Below are positions 36,779 through 50,176 of a DNA stretch of 64,000 bases, piece by piece. This DNA comes from Anthoceros angustus (lineage: Eukaryota; Plantae; Anthocerotophyta), in the NCBI GenBank assembly GCA_010909165.1, contig MU008158.1, positions 2,939,478 to 3,003,477 on the forward strand, in the 5' to 3' direction. Every line of letters begins with the position of its first letter. The stretch's first letter is position 1. The notes beneath the pieces were generated by a model that saw only the letters and a list, made by a program, of their open reading frames with translations, ran no database searches and was not told the origin of the DNA. A program made the translations under genes and the position numbers.

Positions 36779-39606
36779 ATGGCGGGAGTCCAGTCAACTC
36801 GCTTGGCTCCGTGCCCCGTCTATCGGGTCCTCTACCTTCTCACGGCTCTGCCCATGTTGCTGGCCGCTTTTGCATTTGTGCTTCAGTGGAATGGAGAAGT
36901 GAACGATTCTGCTGGAACTGCACGGCTGGATGGCGAGACTCTTAGGTTTCCGGGCATGCAAATCACCTCTCCTTCCGCTGGGCATTTGTCCTCTGCCGAT
37001 GCTCTCAGTCGATTGCAGCCCAATTCTGCCACCTCGGTGCCGCACCAGCCTGGCTGGCAGGATTTGTCCTTAAACGATTTGGGTCCCAAGGTGAGATTTG
37101 CCCTGGAGGTGCCAGATAATTTGCAAAGGAACTGCTTGGCTAGTTACGGTTGACACCTTGCTGCTCCTGCTTGATCCAGATATGCATCGCGTCAAGCACA
37201 TCAGCTGGGCTGGATCAGATTCTGCCCTGGTTGTTCTTTCATCGTGTGCTGGGTGTCACCAGATTTTTCCTTTTCGTAGAGGGGAAGGCAGCTTCTCCGC
37301 ACAGTGCAGCTATCCTCGAGAGCATCACTGTGAGTACGACCTACCCATCTGTTCGGCATTTTTTTAAGGCTGTTATTCCGTTAATCCTAGTGTCTTTATG
37401 GTTGGTCGTAGGGTGTTACCGTGATTCACCGCACAAAGGACTTGGAGGAGCGGCAAGAGAAAAGGTTTTGCGGTCTCGTCTGGCCTTGGCTCTAAAGTTG
37501 ATTGCTGCTTCGCAGTTTATCTGTTCAACGTTTAAATTTACCTGCTATGCCACATGACTCTTTGCAGCGATGTACTTAAGCATGTGGCATCAGACAGCGT
37601 TTGTTGTTGGCAGCTTGTTAATATGTGGCTCACTGTTTGATATCAGTCGGATCTGGAATGAGACTTGGTTGTCAAGTTTCTTCTATCGGCCTTGTAACTA
37701 CGAGCTATTTGTGAAGCAGTCCCTTAACATGGAGATGGCGATAGTGATGGCCCGAGTAAGCATTTCATGATGATCTGTAGCAAACCATGTCAGGGGGCAA
37801 TGATTGCAGCAGATGGCATGCCATTTAGGCGGGCCCTTTCTTTGGTTAATCTGGCCATGTTGTGACTATAGTCATCTCCCATCAAAGAGATAGGCACATG
37901 GTTCAATTATGTCCCGATCTAAGGAACTGCTTTTCTGGAAACTGCAACTGTAGGATTCTGGCATGGAGTGGATTATTCATCTTGACACGGATGAATTACT
38001 GCACCCTGCGGGTGCCAGGGAGTATTCTCTTCGAAGTCTACTTGGTGATGTTGCGGCTGACGTGGACATGGTTGTTTTCCCAAATTATGTGAGTGATAAA
38101 TGCGGAGGTTGCAGCACTTTGAACATTGAGTCCCCAAGTGATCCCTTTCAATTATTCCTTGCTGCACCAATCAGCTACACTGCTCACCAGTAATTCGTTG
38201 GAGTACAGGAGAGTGCTATTGAACGGGATGATATTGTGGATCCCTTTACTGAGGTGAGTGTAACCTTCTTATGTAACCTTCTAGCTGAATTGGTGCCAAT
38301 ATGCAGGATACTGCATAGCAATTATAGCCTTCTAAACAGGTTGTCCTCTTGCTAGCATGCATGAGATGCTTCAGCTTTGTTGTTCAAGTCAGATATGTGT
38401 GTCATGAAGGTCATTTGTCCGAATCGTTGGAATCAGTCCATCATGGCGATGCTTAGCAGCTGCTTTATTCGATGTCATGAGAAAGGTTTGCGGAACATTG
38501 TTTAGAAGCCTGTGTAAAAACTGGTCTTTCTATCCGTTTGCTGAAGAACTCATTAATTATGCAGGTCTCCATGTTCAAAAAGAACTTTGATCACGTGCCA
38601 AAGGAAACGTATTTTGGCTTGTACAAAGAGGCCACCCGAGGCAATCCAAATTATTTTTTGACCTATGGAAATGGCAAGGCGGCAGCACGAGTTCAGGATC
38701 ATCTTCGCCCAAATGGTGCCCATCGCTGGCACAACTACATGAAGAACCCGAAGTCAGTTATGTCTGTTTAATTTTGATTGAAGATGCTGTGGCAGTCTGG
38801 TTCACCTGAGCTGACGGGAATAGATGATTACTGGCCATGCAGCGAGGTTAAATTGGAGGAAGCAGCAGTTCTTCATTATACATACTCAAAGTTTTCAGAC
38901 TTAACATCCAGGCGTGATCGATGTAACTGCAAGCCTACAAAGGAGGATGTGAAGAGATGCTTCATGCTGGAGTTCGATCGAGCTGTATGGTTTCTCTTTT
39001 TCATATGCCTATCCTTGTGTAGTGTGTAAAAGTTGCTTTTCTTCTGCTAATTCTATGTCCATTGTACAGGCCTTTATAATTGCTTCGACCTCAACTGAGG
39101 AGGGGATGCACCGCTGGTATTTAACCCCCCCCTGGCCCCCCTCCCGAACAATCATGACTTCGTCTTTGCTTGCTTCTTAAGAATCAAAAAGTAATTACAC
39201 TGTATTTGCTTTTTTCAGGTATCGGGAGCATGTCGTTTGGACTGACAAAGAGCTGAACTTGAAGTTAACAAGGAAGGGCCTCCTTACTCGCATCTATGCC
39301 CCTCAGGTCTGTCTTTGTCTGGCAGGAATGCTGCCTTTACAGATGCCAGTCACCAAGTGAAGTTGTATGAGGAGAACTGCAATTATCTAGAGTGGGGATG
39401 TGAGTAATCATTTACTTTTCTTTTGCTCGCAGGTTATTGTACAAGGTCTTAGGGATGCAGGCGTTTTCAAGGATGCTCTGGCGTCCGGGGAGGCGCATTT
39501 TCGAAACTCCGCCCTCAAGAACGAGCTGCGATCCTCCGGCGTCGCTTCACCCAAAGGCGTTGGTCCCTCCCAAGCAGACGGTCAATCCAACGTAGCAGTG
39601 GAGTAG
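36779..39606 (+). CDS. KOB1: Glycosyltransferase-like KOBITO1/ELD1/ABI8 homologue, multi-exon
   Basis: [82 protein letters not shown]...[13 protein letters not shown] and [25 protein letters not shown]. Confidence 0.92.
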
Positions 39607-40293
39607 AGCAATTTAGGTGGCACATTTTTAACTGGGATGTTTACTGAATGACTCTGTACCTCTTTCAATTCTTCGCTAACACATTTGTGGGTGGACCTGT
39701 GGGACTGGGAGCTCGAGTTTGTTTTTGTATCCACCATTGCTAGTAATAATCACTGAAATCAGAAAATTCTTAGCAGAATATAATGCTCATCCGTGACCTA
39801 GTCGGTTTAAATGCTGTTTATCGCACACTGATTTGTTCGTGGGATTGCGCATCTCAACTCGCCTATAACCCGGTTGTGGTGTGCCGCTTTGTTTCGGCCC
39901 AACTGGTCTTCAAATCGCGATGTTCAGATACCCATGGTTCAGGTTTTATAATAATTCATGATGATTCATGAAAACTCGGGAGTAACTTACAACGAGTTGA
40001 AACTCCGAGTAAAAAATCTACACACTCCTGAATGCATACACCATACACACTCGGAGTGTAGGAAACTCGCCGATCGGTGGTACGAGCTGTTTGCTGGCTA
40101 GGAGTTGTCCTGTTACCTGTAAACAAGGTAAAAGAAGGTTCACCTGATCGTGACTGCAGAAATGAGACAGATTCGGGGAAAACAGTAGAAACGAAGGGAC
40201 AGAATGGCTAGCAAGGCATCCGTATACTGACCCTGCAAAGATGCAAGTACTTCGGGATTTGAAGAACCAAAACATCCCTGAGGTACCGTCTTC

Positions 40294-42015
40294 CTAAGTA
40301 ACATCTACTTCGGAGCTCCGATTGCTGTTTTCAGTTACCTTCTCTGAACTCGCCTTGTATGTCAAAAACACTGTCCAGAAGAATGCAGCAGAGTTGCTAA
40401 ACAACGGCTGCCAGGACACGCCACAACCGAACCCCTCCACCACCCACCACACCGCAACCAAACAACACCGAAAGAAAAACCATAAGCCAATGTAAGTCCA
40501 GGTCCTCGGTCTCGAGACAACAGCAAACGCAAGAGACAACACAATCCACCTTGCCATCATGAATCAGATGTGCAAGCTGAACATAAGAATATCACAAACA
40601 ACAAACTCACTGCAAAACACATCAGGGCAATAGTGGACGAGCCCTGGCCACATTGCATATTGCAAATAAACAGAAACAGGTTCTCCCCCCTGCTAACGCC
40701 ACCAATCTATCCACCAGTGGGCCTGAGCGTCAGTCAAGCAACATGCTCAGCCATTGTCAAAATCTTGACCAGTGACCGACTTCGGAGTTCATGTGGAACA
40801 GGTCCGAAAATTCGAGTCCCCACGGGTTCCCCCTGCTTGTTTACAATGACTACTGCATTATTGTCAAATCTTATCTCACTTCCGTCATTACGCTGTTTCT
40901 GCATGGATGTACGCACTATCACACAATTCACAACCTCTCCCTTTTTGACTTTCCCGCGAGGAGTTGCGTCTTTTACAGACGCAATGATGGAATCACCTAA
41001 TGTGGCACCACTTCCTCCTCCCAAAACTTTAATACATTGAACGCGTCGAGCTCCAGAATTGTCAGCCACTTCAAGGTTGGTTCTCAGTTGCACGAAAGCT
41101 CTCCGTTGCTACCAGTAACGTATTTGTCCAGAGGACAATATCAACATAGCAGTTTCCAGTATCATATTCAAATTACTAGATGCTCCATAGGACATGCAAG
41201 GCAGCACCCATCGATTCTACGAGTGAAGATAAAATACCTGGAGATGCAGCGGCACGTATCGGTAAATCAGGAAATCGCACACAGGCCAGTACACAAGCCC
41301 GTGCTTGAGAGTGGGAATCACGTCCCGACGCAGTCTTCCAGCAATCTCCCTCGTTGTCTCTCCTGGAAACAATCGGGTGGTGGTGTTCACCCAAACACCA
41401 AGCACGAAAAGGCAGGATAGAAGAATTGCAATCCCTACCTTGAGCGAGGGCATTTGCAGAGAAGAAGACGGCAATGAAGCTGGGCCCATAAACAGTTTGC
41501 CCCAGTACAATCTTCTTGAAAACAGAGAACATGTCACGCTTCGGTATCATCTTGGCTAGGAAATTGAACCATACGTGAAGGCTTGGGCCTGACACGAAAA
41601 ACCCAAATGCCGCCATTCGCAGGGTTCTGGGCATGTCCCAAATAGGGGATTCCGCATCATGAGTCTCGTGAGACGCACATATTCCCTGGAGCGAGAACAG
41701 ACTGAATCAGGTTACAAAACACAAGCTTGCTCCAGCTCGGTCGATGCAAAGCCAACGTCAAACAGAGCAGACCTGACATGCGAGGTCCGCGGAAGCGTAA
41801 ATGGTGCAGGCCGTCACACTCTTGGTTCCAATGGGATGGTTTTGAAGCATCCGAAGGTACCACCCCAGCAAGGGGGAGGTGGAAGGTGCCGGTCGCAAGG
41901 GCTGCGCGACCACAGCCTTGTCATCTGGTGAAAGCTGAGGCCTCGCTCGACGAGACGTGCAGAGCAGGCGTGCAGGGAAGTTCGCAGCGTGCGGTAGGCG
42001 CCAGGATCGTAGCAT
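40294..42015 (-). CDS. Mpv17/PMP22-family membrane protein with a predicted mitochondrial presequence; exons 42015-41773, 41685-41439, 41362-41238, 40407-40294
   Basis: [24 protein letters not shown]; [29 protein letters not shown]; [31 protein letters not shown]|[20 protein letters not shown]. All introns are GT-AG and phase-consistent. An upstream in-frame ATG also exists at 42159. Confidence 0.9.
40734..41108 (-). CDS. rpl14: Mitochondrial-type ribosomal protein uL14 (HUELLENLOS-like) exon nested in Mpv17 intron 3; no own start codon
   Basis: [31 protein letters not shown]...[12 protein letters not shown]...[13 protein letters not shown]...[10 protein letters not shown]. The codon immediately upstream is an in-frame TAG whose AG can act as the splice acceptor. 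Confidence 0.92.
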   Translation of the reverse strand, partial: QRRAFVQLRTNLEVADNSGARRVQCIKVLGGGSGATLGDSIIASVKDATPRGKVKKGEVVNCVIVRTSMQKQRNDGSEIRFDNNAVVIVNKQGEPVGTRIFGPVPHELRSRSLVKILTMAEHVA

Positions 42016-42220
42016 GCTGATTGCCGGGCGGGCAGGCACGCAGCCGTCAGCTAAGAACCTAGCAGGCCTCACTCCTGGGCCCGGGAGCAGACGGGAAACA
42101 TACTTAGGTCGACCTAGGCACGTAAATCGGCAAAAATTAATTGTCTGGAGATATTCCATTTCAAAAATTGTGTAGGTAGAAAGTACAAACAGGATGGAGG
42201 GAGGCTAGCCGAGCAGCTTT

Positions 42221-44030
<1,810 letters not shown>

Positions 44031-47000
44031 ACCGGTTGACGAGGGGCGAATCACCGGTCCGGCAATGCAGAGAATGGCGCCTCTGGGAGAAGGAAGAAAG
44101 GGAGGAAATCTGCGGCTCGCAAGGCCAGGCCAGCTGGCGACATTTCAGTGGCTTACTGACATCTTATCGGAGAGGGTCTACGGCCGCGGATTCCTGGCCA
44201 CGCATCGCTAATCTTTGGCATCGCCTCACAAAACTTACAAGCAGGAGGCTGAAAACTGCGATGGGCTATTTCAGGAATGTGGTGTACAATTTCCTGATGT
44301 CACAAGACTAGGCGACAAAACCGCTGTTCGTTGGGAAAATTATTTTGTAGTCCCTCTCCTACTACCGCAAGCTTCTCTCCAACTCCAACTGCGACCGGAT
44401 CATGTGGATGAGTTGCTTATACCCCCGTCCGCGAGGCTGAAACAATACAAATTCGATTACCCAACAGCTTTCATGGATGCTGTACAATTTAAGGTACATT
44501 TTTCTGCACCACGAATTCTGAGATACCCCGTTTATGTGCGGGATGTAATGTAGAGAGTCTGTGCGACCAAAGAATTTTTAGAACATAAACTATGAAGTAT
44601 TTTTATTTCGTAAAATATTTGGTAAATGTTTTCTAGAATTGCGTAACAACATGGTGACCGTATCGTGTTCAAAGTTTTAAAGTCAAGTTTCGGGGACTAT
44701 GTTCATAAGATGTGAAGGGGTATTATTCCGTTTATTTTTATAATTGAACATCTAATTTTTAAAATCCACAAAGTTTTTGGGATGGAAGCACTTGGGGAAC
44801 TCAAAGTCGGATCACCTTCTTCAAAGTTGCTTGACCTTTTGCATTGGCCGGTACGGCTTGGTGTAGTCGGCGGTTGCAGCCCAAATCGGAGCGTGGGCAG
44901 AAGGGAGCGCACCAGCACAAAAGGGGCAGGAGGACCCCATTCTCGGGGCTATTGAAGTCGCGCCTTGAGGCACTACATTCTTTTAGATCAATTTTGAGCA
45001 ATCTTGGCTCTTTCCTAATGCAATCTTGCGGATTCTTGTTCGGCAACACCGGGACTGCTAAAGTCTCGAATACTCACCTTGCTAGGACTGATTGAGTCCC
45101 AGCTATTCTTGTAGCCGGAACTGCCGGAGTCTCGAATGTGGACATGCAGGCTGCTGGGAGTGTTAGAACCCCGAGTATCGGGACTCTCGGAGTCCCGAGT
45201 ATGCTTTGACGTAGGACTTGTAGAGTCCTTGGCCTGCATTGCTTAGGGCTCACCAACACTCTCCAAACCTGTCCACATGCCTTCTAACCAGGCTGTCTGT
45301 GGTACACGATTGGCTGCAAAAGATGTCAGCGGTTTAGCTAAAAATGGAGCCACTTGACCAATAAGAGGGCGAGTAGCACGCCGATGCTGCCCATTGAAAT
45401 CGGGCCTCCAAATCCAGATTGAGGAGGCTGCTGGCCTAGAAATCGTGCCACATCCTGCGCCCCACATCCTACCCGGGACTCATCCACACCCAGCGCTTCG
45501 AGGCAATTAGGACTTTTGGCCGTCCCAATCTTCTTTTCATCTCGCACGACATGGGCTCGTAGCTGTCCAGCAGGCACATACTGCAAGTAAGACTTGATCG
45601 AGATCAGGACTCGTGCGTTCTCGGGCCATCCCGATCTCGATCACGCCTACTCGGTCTCCCAAACCCTGCTAGCCCGCTCCTTACCTTTTCCTTGTTTTTG
45701 GCATCTTACACATTTGGCCTTTTAAGTATAGTAATTTCTTGATTTTTAATTTTACTAATTCTAATTAATCTACGCCGAATCACCCCTCGGGGTACGGTAC
45801 TCCCACTCACTATGAAATAAAATGAGGGAGATATTTACTCTATTCTTATGGCTCAAAATAAATCCATAAAGCTAGCTTTTAGCTAAATTGAATTCAAGCA
45901 AAGACTTAAGTAAAACCATTTAAGATTTACGTCCAATTTAAAATAAGTATGAACCATTAAGCGTTCTTATGAACCACTTTTCTCTTGAAACCAAAAACCG
46001 GGTTTTCTTCCTGAGAGGATAAGGTAGAACCCGAACATTGTTGAAGGTGAGTAATTGGAAACCTGAGTTGGTTATTGTTGCTGGAAGAGTTTTTTAATTA
46101 GGCTTTGCAAAATTATTCTGATACCATGAAGAGAATCAAAGACTTGCTCAAGAAGTTGATGCATTAAGCTCATAATAGATAGTACATGTTTATAGGAGGT
46201 AGGTGAGTACAGGTAGTTGTAACCAAATAATTAATTATCTAATTAGTAAAATATTTTTATTCCTAATAATTAATTAATTCAATTTTAGGATTTTCTAGGT
46301 GCCCCTAATGAATAATGCCTTAATTATCTTAATATTTCATCATGGTTCAACAAACGGGATGCTTGATTATTGAAATTGTTAGGCTGGAGCAACATGAGGG
46401 AGGTGTAGTTCCCTTCGACCCAACAAATAAGAATTCTTGAGATAGTTTGAAATATATTTTTTTACCGATGGGTTATAGTTGTAAAGAGTACCATCCTTTC
46501 CCTTATCACGGTATCATATTGCTTGTTCCTTCTACTTGTGATCCTCACCTATAAATGCTAATGTGTTGCTTTTGCAGTCTCCGTTGGTGCTTACATCTGC
46601 TATGTTTGCTTGCTTTTCTTATTTGTGATTATCACCATCATTATCATTATCAACGGGAAAAATCTGGCGCTTTAGACCTCGCACGAAAAACACGCTAAGA
46701 TAAGCACACACCTCCAAAAACCTCAAAAGCCTCCGGAACCTCCATGAGGTTCCTCGAGGTATTTGTAGCAAGTAAGTGGTTAAAAGTCTAATACCATTAA
46801 TGGAAGCATCTAAGAAGAAAGACTCCTAAAAACGTAGGCATAAGTAATTGAAATCAAGTTTTTTCTTTGTGGGTATATGTGAGTTATGGCTTTGGCATTT
46901 GCGGCATGACGTATTTTTATGGAGGTAAATGGGATCGCGATCATGGAGTTGAAGGGGTTTTCTCATAGGTCTCTCTAGTTTTCTTGCCATAAGTTTAGAG

Positions 47001-47097
47001 GACCTATCATATGTGCCACAAACACCGCACTTTCTTGGAAGTATGGTACAATGTGCGTACCTAGTGCTAAACTATCAGAAAGAAATAAGTAAATTGA

Positions 47098-48455
47098 TTA
47101 CACAACATCCCAATCTTCTGTTTCTGAATACTGAATGCTACTAGTTACATCCTGAGGAGAGAGCTGTAACGGCTGAAGTTCCGGCAGTTGGCTGCTAGAG
47201 GACCGTGCTATCATCCTCAGAACCATGTCGCGTATCCATTCCGGAGATAACCGAAATTGCCGGTTCAGCTCATCCCGCAAATCGCTATGTACCCTGAGCC
47301 AGTTACCAAGTATCCGATGGACGTGCGCCCGGACCATTCGCATGGGAACTGGATACTGGTCACAAAATTGCAAATACTCCAGCACAAGATTGGGCGCATC
47401 GACGCCGTCTGTGGACTGCCCGCTACCCTGAGACATCACTTGGCTATCCGATTGCTCGCCGGTGCCACCGTGCTGGCTAACTTCCTGAACGGGCAGTACA
47501 CGACGACCGGAAAAGAGAGCAGGATTTTCAAGCAGTGCTTCAGCGGACATGACCCCGTCAACCCCAGTGAATTTGAGGCACTCGTAGGCATCCTCTAGCC
47601 AGCGTACGTTCCCATTAGCAATCACGGGTATTCTCACCGCTTCCTTCACAGCACGGATAGCATTCCAGTCCGCTCGGATGGTCTTCCCGCACTTCTGATC
47701 CCGAGTCCTTCCGTGCACGGCCAAGAGAGAACAGCCAGCTTCCTGTAGCATCTGCGCATAGGCTAGGGTGTCTTCCAATTTCTCGTGGATGCGGATCTTA
47801 CAGGAAACAGGAACTGAAAGGCTGGAAGCCACTTTTGAAACAAGAGCATAGATGAGGGGCTTGTCATCCATCAAGAAAGCTCCATAGTTCCCCCGTTTGG
47901 CAATCCGCTGCGGGCACCTGTCACCAACGGCGGCGCATTAGCACACACCATTACAGCCTCACTGATCGCAGCGGGTGGAAGCATTAGCAAGCAAGCATAC
48001 TCACCCCAAATTTAGGTCAACATAGTCGCAGTGGGGAGCTACCAGCGTTGCTGCTTGGACGAGAGTGTCGGGATCGTTAGCGCAGAACTGGACAAACAGC
48101 GGCCTGTCCTCCTGCATCACAGCAGGGTAAGAATCCTAGCCATCCAGCAGCAAGTAGCTTCCGCTGCCCCCAGCCCTACGCGCAAGCAAGCAAGCAAACA
48201 ACTCCGCCATACCTGGCAGGTGGTGAACTCGGAGCGGTACTTGGGGGTAGTAGCGAAGAGCCTGGCATGCAGCATGGGGGTGTATGCTGCCTTGGCTCCA
48301 TATTTCCGGCACATCATGCGGAAAGGGAGCTCAGACTGGTCCACCATGGGAGCCACGATGAGCTTTGGAGCTCCCAGGCTGAGCCAGTACTGCCAAGCCC
48401 TCTGGATGCGCTTCTCAGCGGACGACCAGGCGCTGGAATCGTCGTCCGACATCAT
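47098..48455 (-). CDS. DUS1: tRNA-dihydrouridine synthase (DUS1-like), 3 exons
   Basis: [51 protein letters not shown]|[31 protein letters not shown] and IANGNV. Confidence 0.93.
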
Positions 48456-48577
48456 GCGACGGCAGAGGCGAGCGAACTGGGGCAAATAGGTCAAGCTGGA
48501 TGTTCCATGCTACTGTGCAGTATGTATATGTAGATATTAGGGCGAGCTCTGGCGGTGGCTGCTGAGCAGTAGCAGCC

Positions 48578-50049
48578 ATGGCGGCAGCTTCGGGCCTCAG
48601 CATGAGCCTGAGCCTGAGAGGGAGTGGCGGCCACTGGTGTGAATGCAGCGGGCAGGTCAAGGTCTCGAGTTGCAGGCAATTGTCGGTCAGGGTATCGGCA
48701 TATGCAGCGCCCGCGTTGCAGCAGCTAACTGTTGCAGAGCCGGATCCTGTGTACAGCCGCGTTAAGGCCTTTGCACCTGCTACCGTCGCTAATCTGGGGC
48801 CGGGGTTCGACTTCCTGGGCTGCGCGGTGGATCACTTGGGGGACCTGGTTACCGTGGAGGTAAGCGAGTTCGGGAGCGCGTGTGATGTGTTTGTTGCGAT
48901 TCACTAGTACCAACTTTGCTTTGGGTTGTGGAAGCAGGTGTCGGAGGAGGTACCGCCCGGGGAGGTGGCCATATCCGCGGTGACTGGTGATCATGGGCGG
49001 CTGAGTTCGTGCGCCGACGACAATTGCGCCGGCATCGCTGCCAAGGCAACTTTGCAGCTGTTGGGGGTTCGATCCGTGGGCCTGTCCTTGTCGCTGCACA
49101 AGGGGCTGCCTCTGGGCAGCGGGCTTGGTTCCAGCGCAGCCAGTGCAGCTGCAGCGGCCGTTGCGGTGGGTACCAAATTCCGGAATTTTTCTCCTTGTCC
49201 CCGCGCTGGATGCGTTTGTGTTGACTGTGCCAGGTGGTTGTGCTGCAGGTGAATGGGGTTTTCGGAAGCCCGCTTACGAAGGGTCAATTGGTGCAAGCTG
49301 GGTTGAAATCCGAGGCGGCTGTGAGTGGTTACCATGCTGATAATGTTGCTCCTTCCATCTTGGGCGGTTTTGTATTAGTGCGCAGTTACAGCCCTCTGCA
49401 ACTCCTCCCGCTCGCCTTTCCTTCCGACAAAAGCCTCTTTTTCGTCATCGTCTCACCAGACTTCGAAGCGCCGACCAAGGAAATGCGTGCCGTACTACCC
49501 GCTGAGGTCCGCTAAACTTGTCTTTTGCCCGTCGCTTCTTTCTGAATTGCCGAGCAACTTCGTGCCCTTAGTCTGTTTTGTGGTGATGTCTTCAGGTTTC
49601 CTTGAAGGATCACATTTTCAATTGCAGTCAAGCTGCGGCTCTCGTCTCCTCTATTGTGCTAGGGGATGTAGCCTTGCTCGGTGCTTCTCTCTGTAAGCGC
49701 GTTCTGCCCACCTCGAGTACCTAGTAATTTGCTGCTTCTGTGCTACTTGGATCTCACGTATTCGCCCTCTCCACTTGTCACAGCTTCAGATTCAATAGTG
49801 GTGCCCAGAAGGGCTCCGCTGATCCCCGGTATGGAGGCGGTAATAAAGGCCTCATTGGCATCACATGCTTACGGCTGTAGTGTAAGCGGAGCAGGCCCAA
49901 CTGCTGTTGCCATCACTGACTCTGCCGACAGAGGCAGAGAGATAGGTGCTAGCATGGTGCAGGCCTTCCGAGTATCTGGGGAATTAGGGTCTGTAGCATC
50001 TGTGCATCAGCTCGACAGAGAAGGAGCTCGAGTAATCGAACAGTGGTAA
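48578..50049 (+). CDS. HSK: Plastid homoserine kinase, 5 exons
   Basis: VKAFAPATVANLGPGFDFLGCAVD, KGLPLGSGLGSSAASAAAAAVA (GHMP motif), HADNVAPS.LGGF and SGAGPT, plus an N-terminal transit peptide. Confidence 0.95.
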
Positions 50050-50176
50050 TCCAGTTTGTTTCCGACCTCAAACCGTCAGGCCTGAGAATGAAATACTTTT
50101 CGCTCGGTTAAAGTAGGTATGTATCTCACAAATTTCACTTTGCTTTTCTATTCTTAATTCCTGCTCTACGATTCTC

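Noticed and set aside
40408-40560. N-terminal part of the 88-aa ORF 40294-40560 as a separate membrane protein
   Set aside because: Only 40407-40294 is coding (Mpv17 last exon); the rest is read-through into intron sequence.
40734-41108. rpl14 as a plastid/mitochondrial DNA insertion (NUPT/NUMT) or bacterial contamination
   Set aside because: No neighbouring rpl16, rps8, rpl5 or rpl24 sequence. The C-terminus ([17 protein letters not shown]) is of the nuclear HLL type, not the plastid type. The ORF is intact and begins at a splice acceptor.
45085-45700. Short gggactc/gagtccc palindromes as a transposon
   Set aside because: No consistent termini or TSD could be identified.
46724-46750. ggaacctc-cat-gaggttcc hairpin as a Helitron 3' end
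   Set aside because: No CTRR terminus at the expected distance and no supporting 5' TC end.
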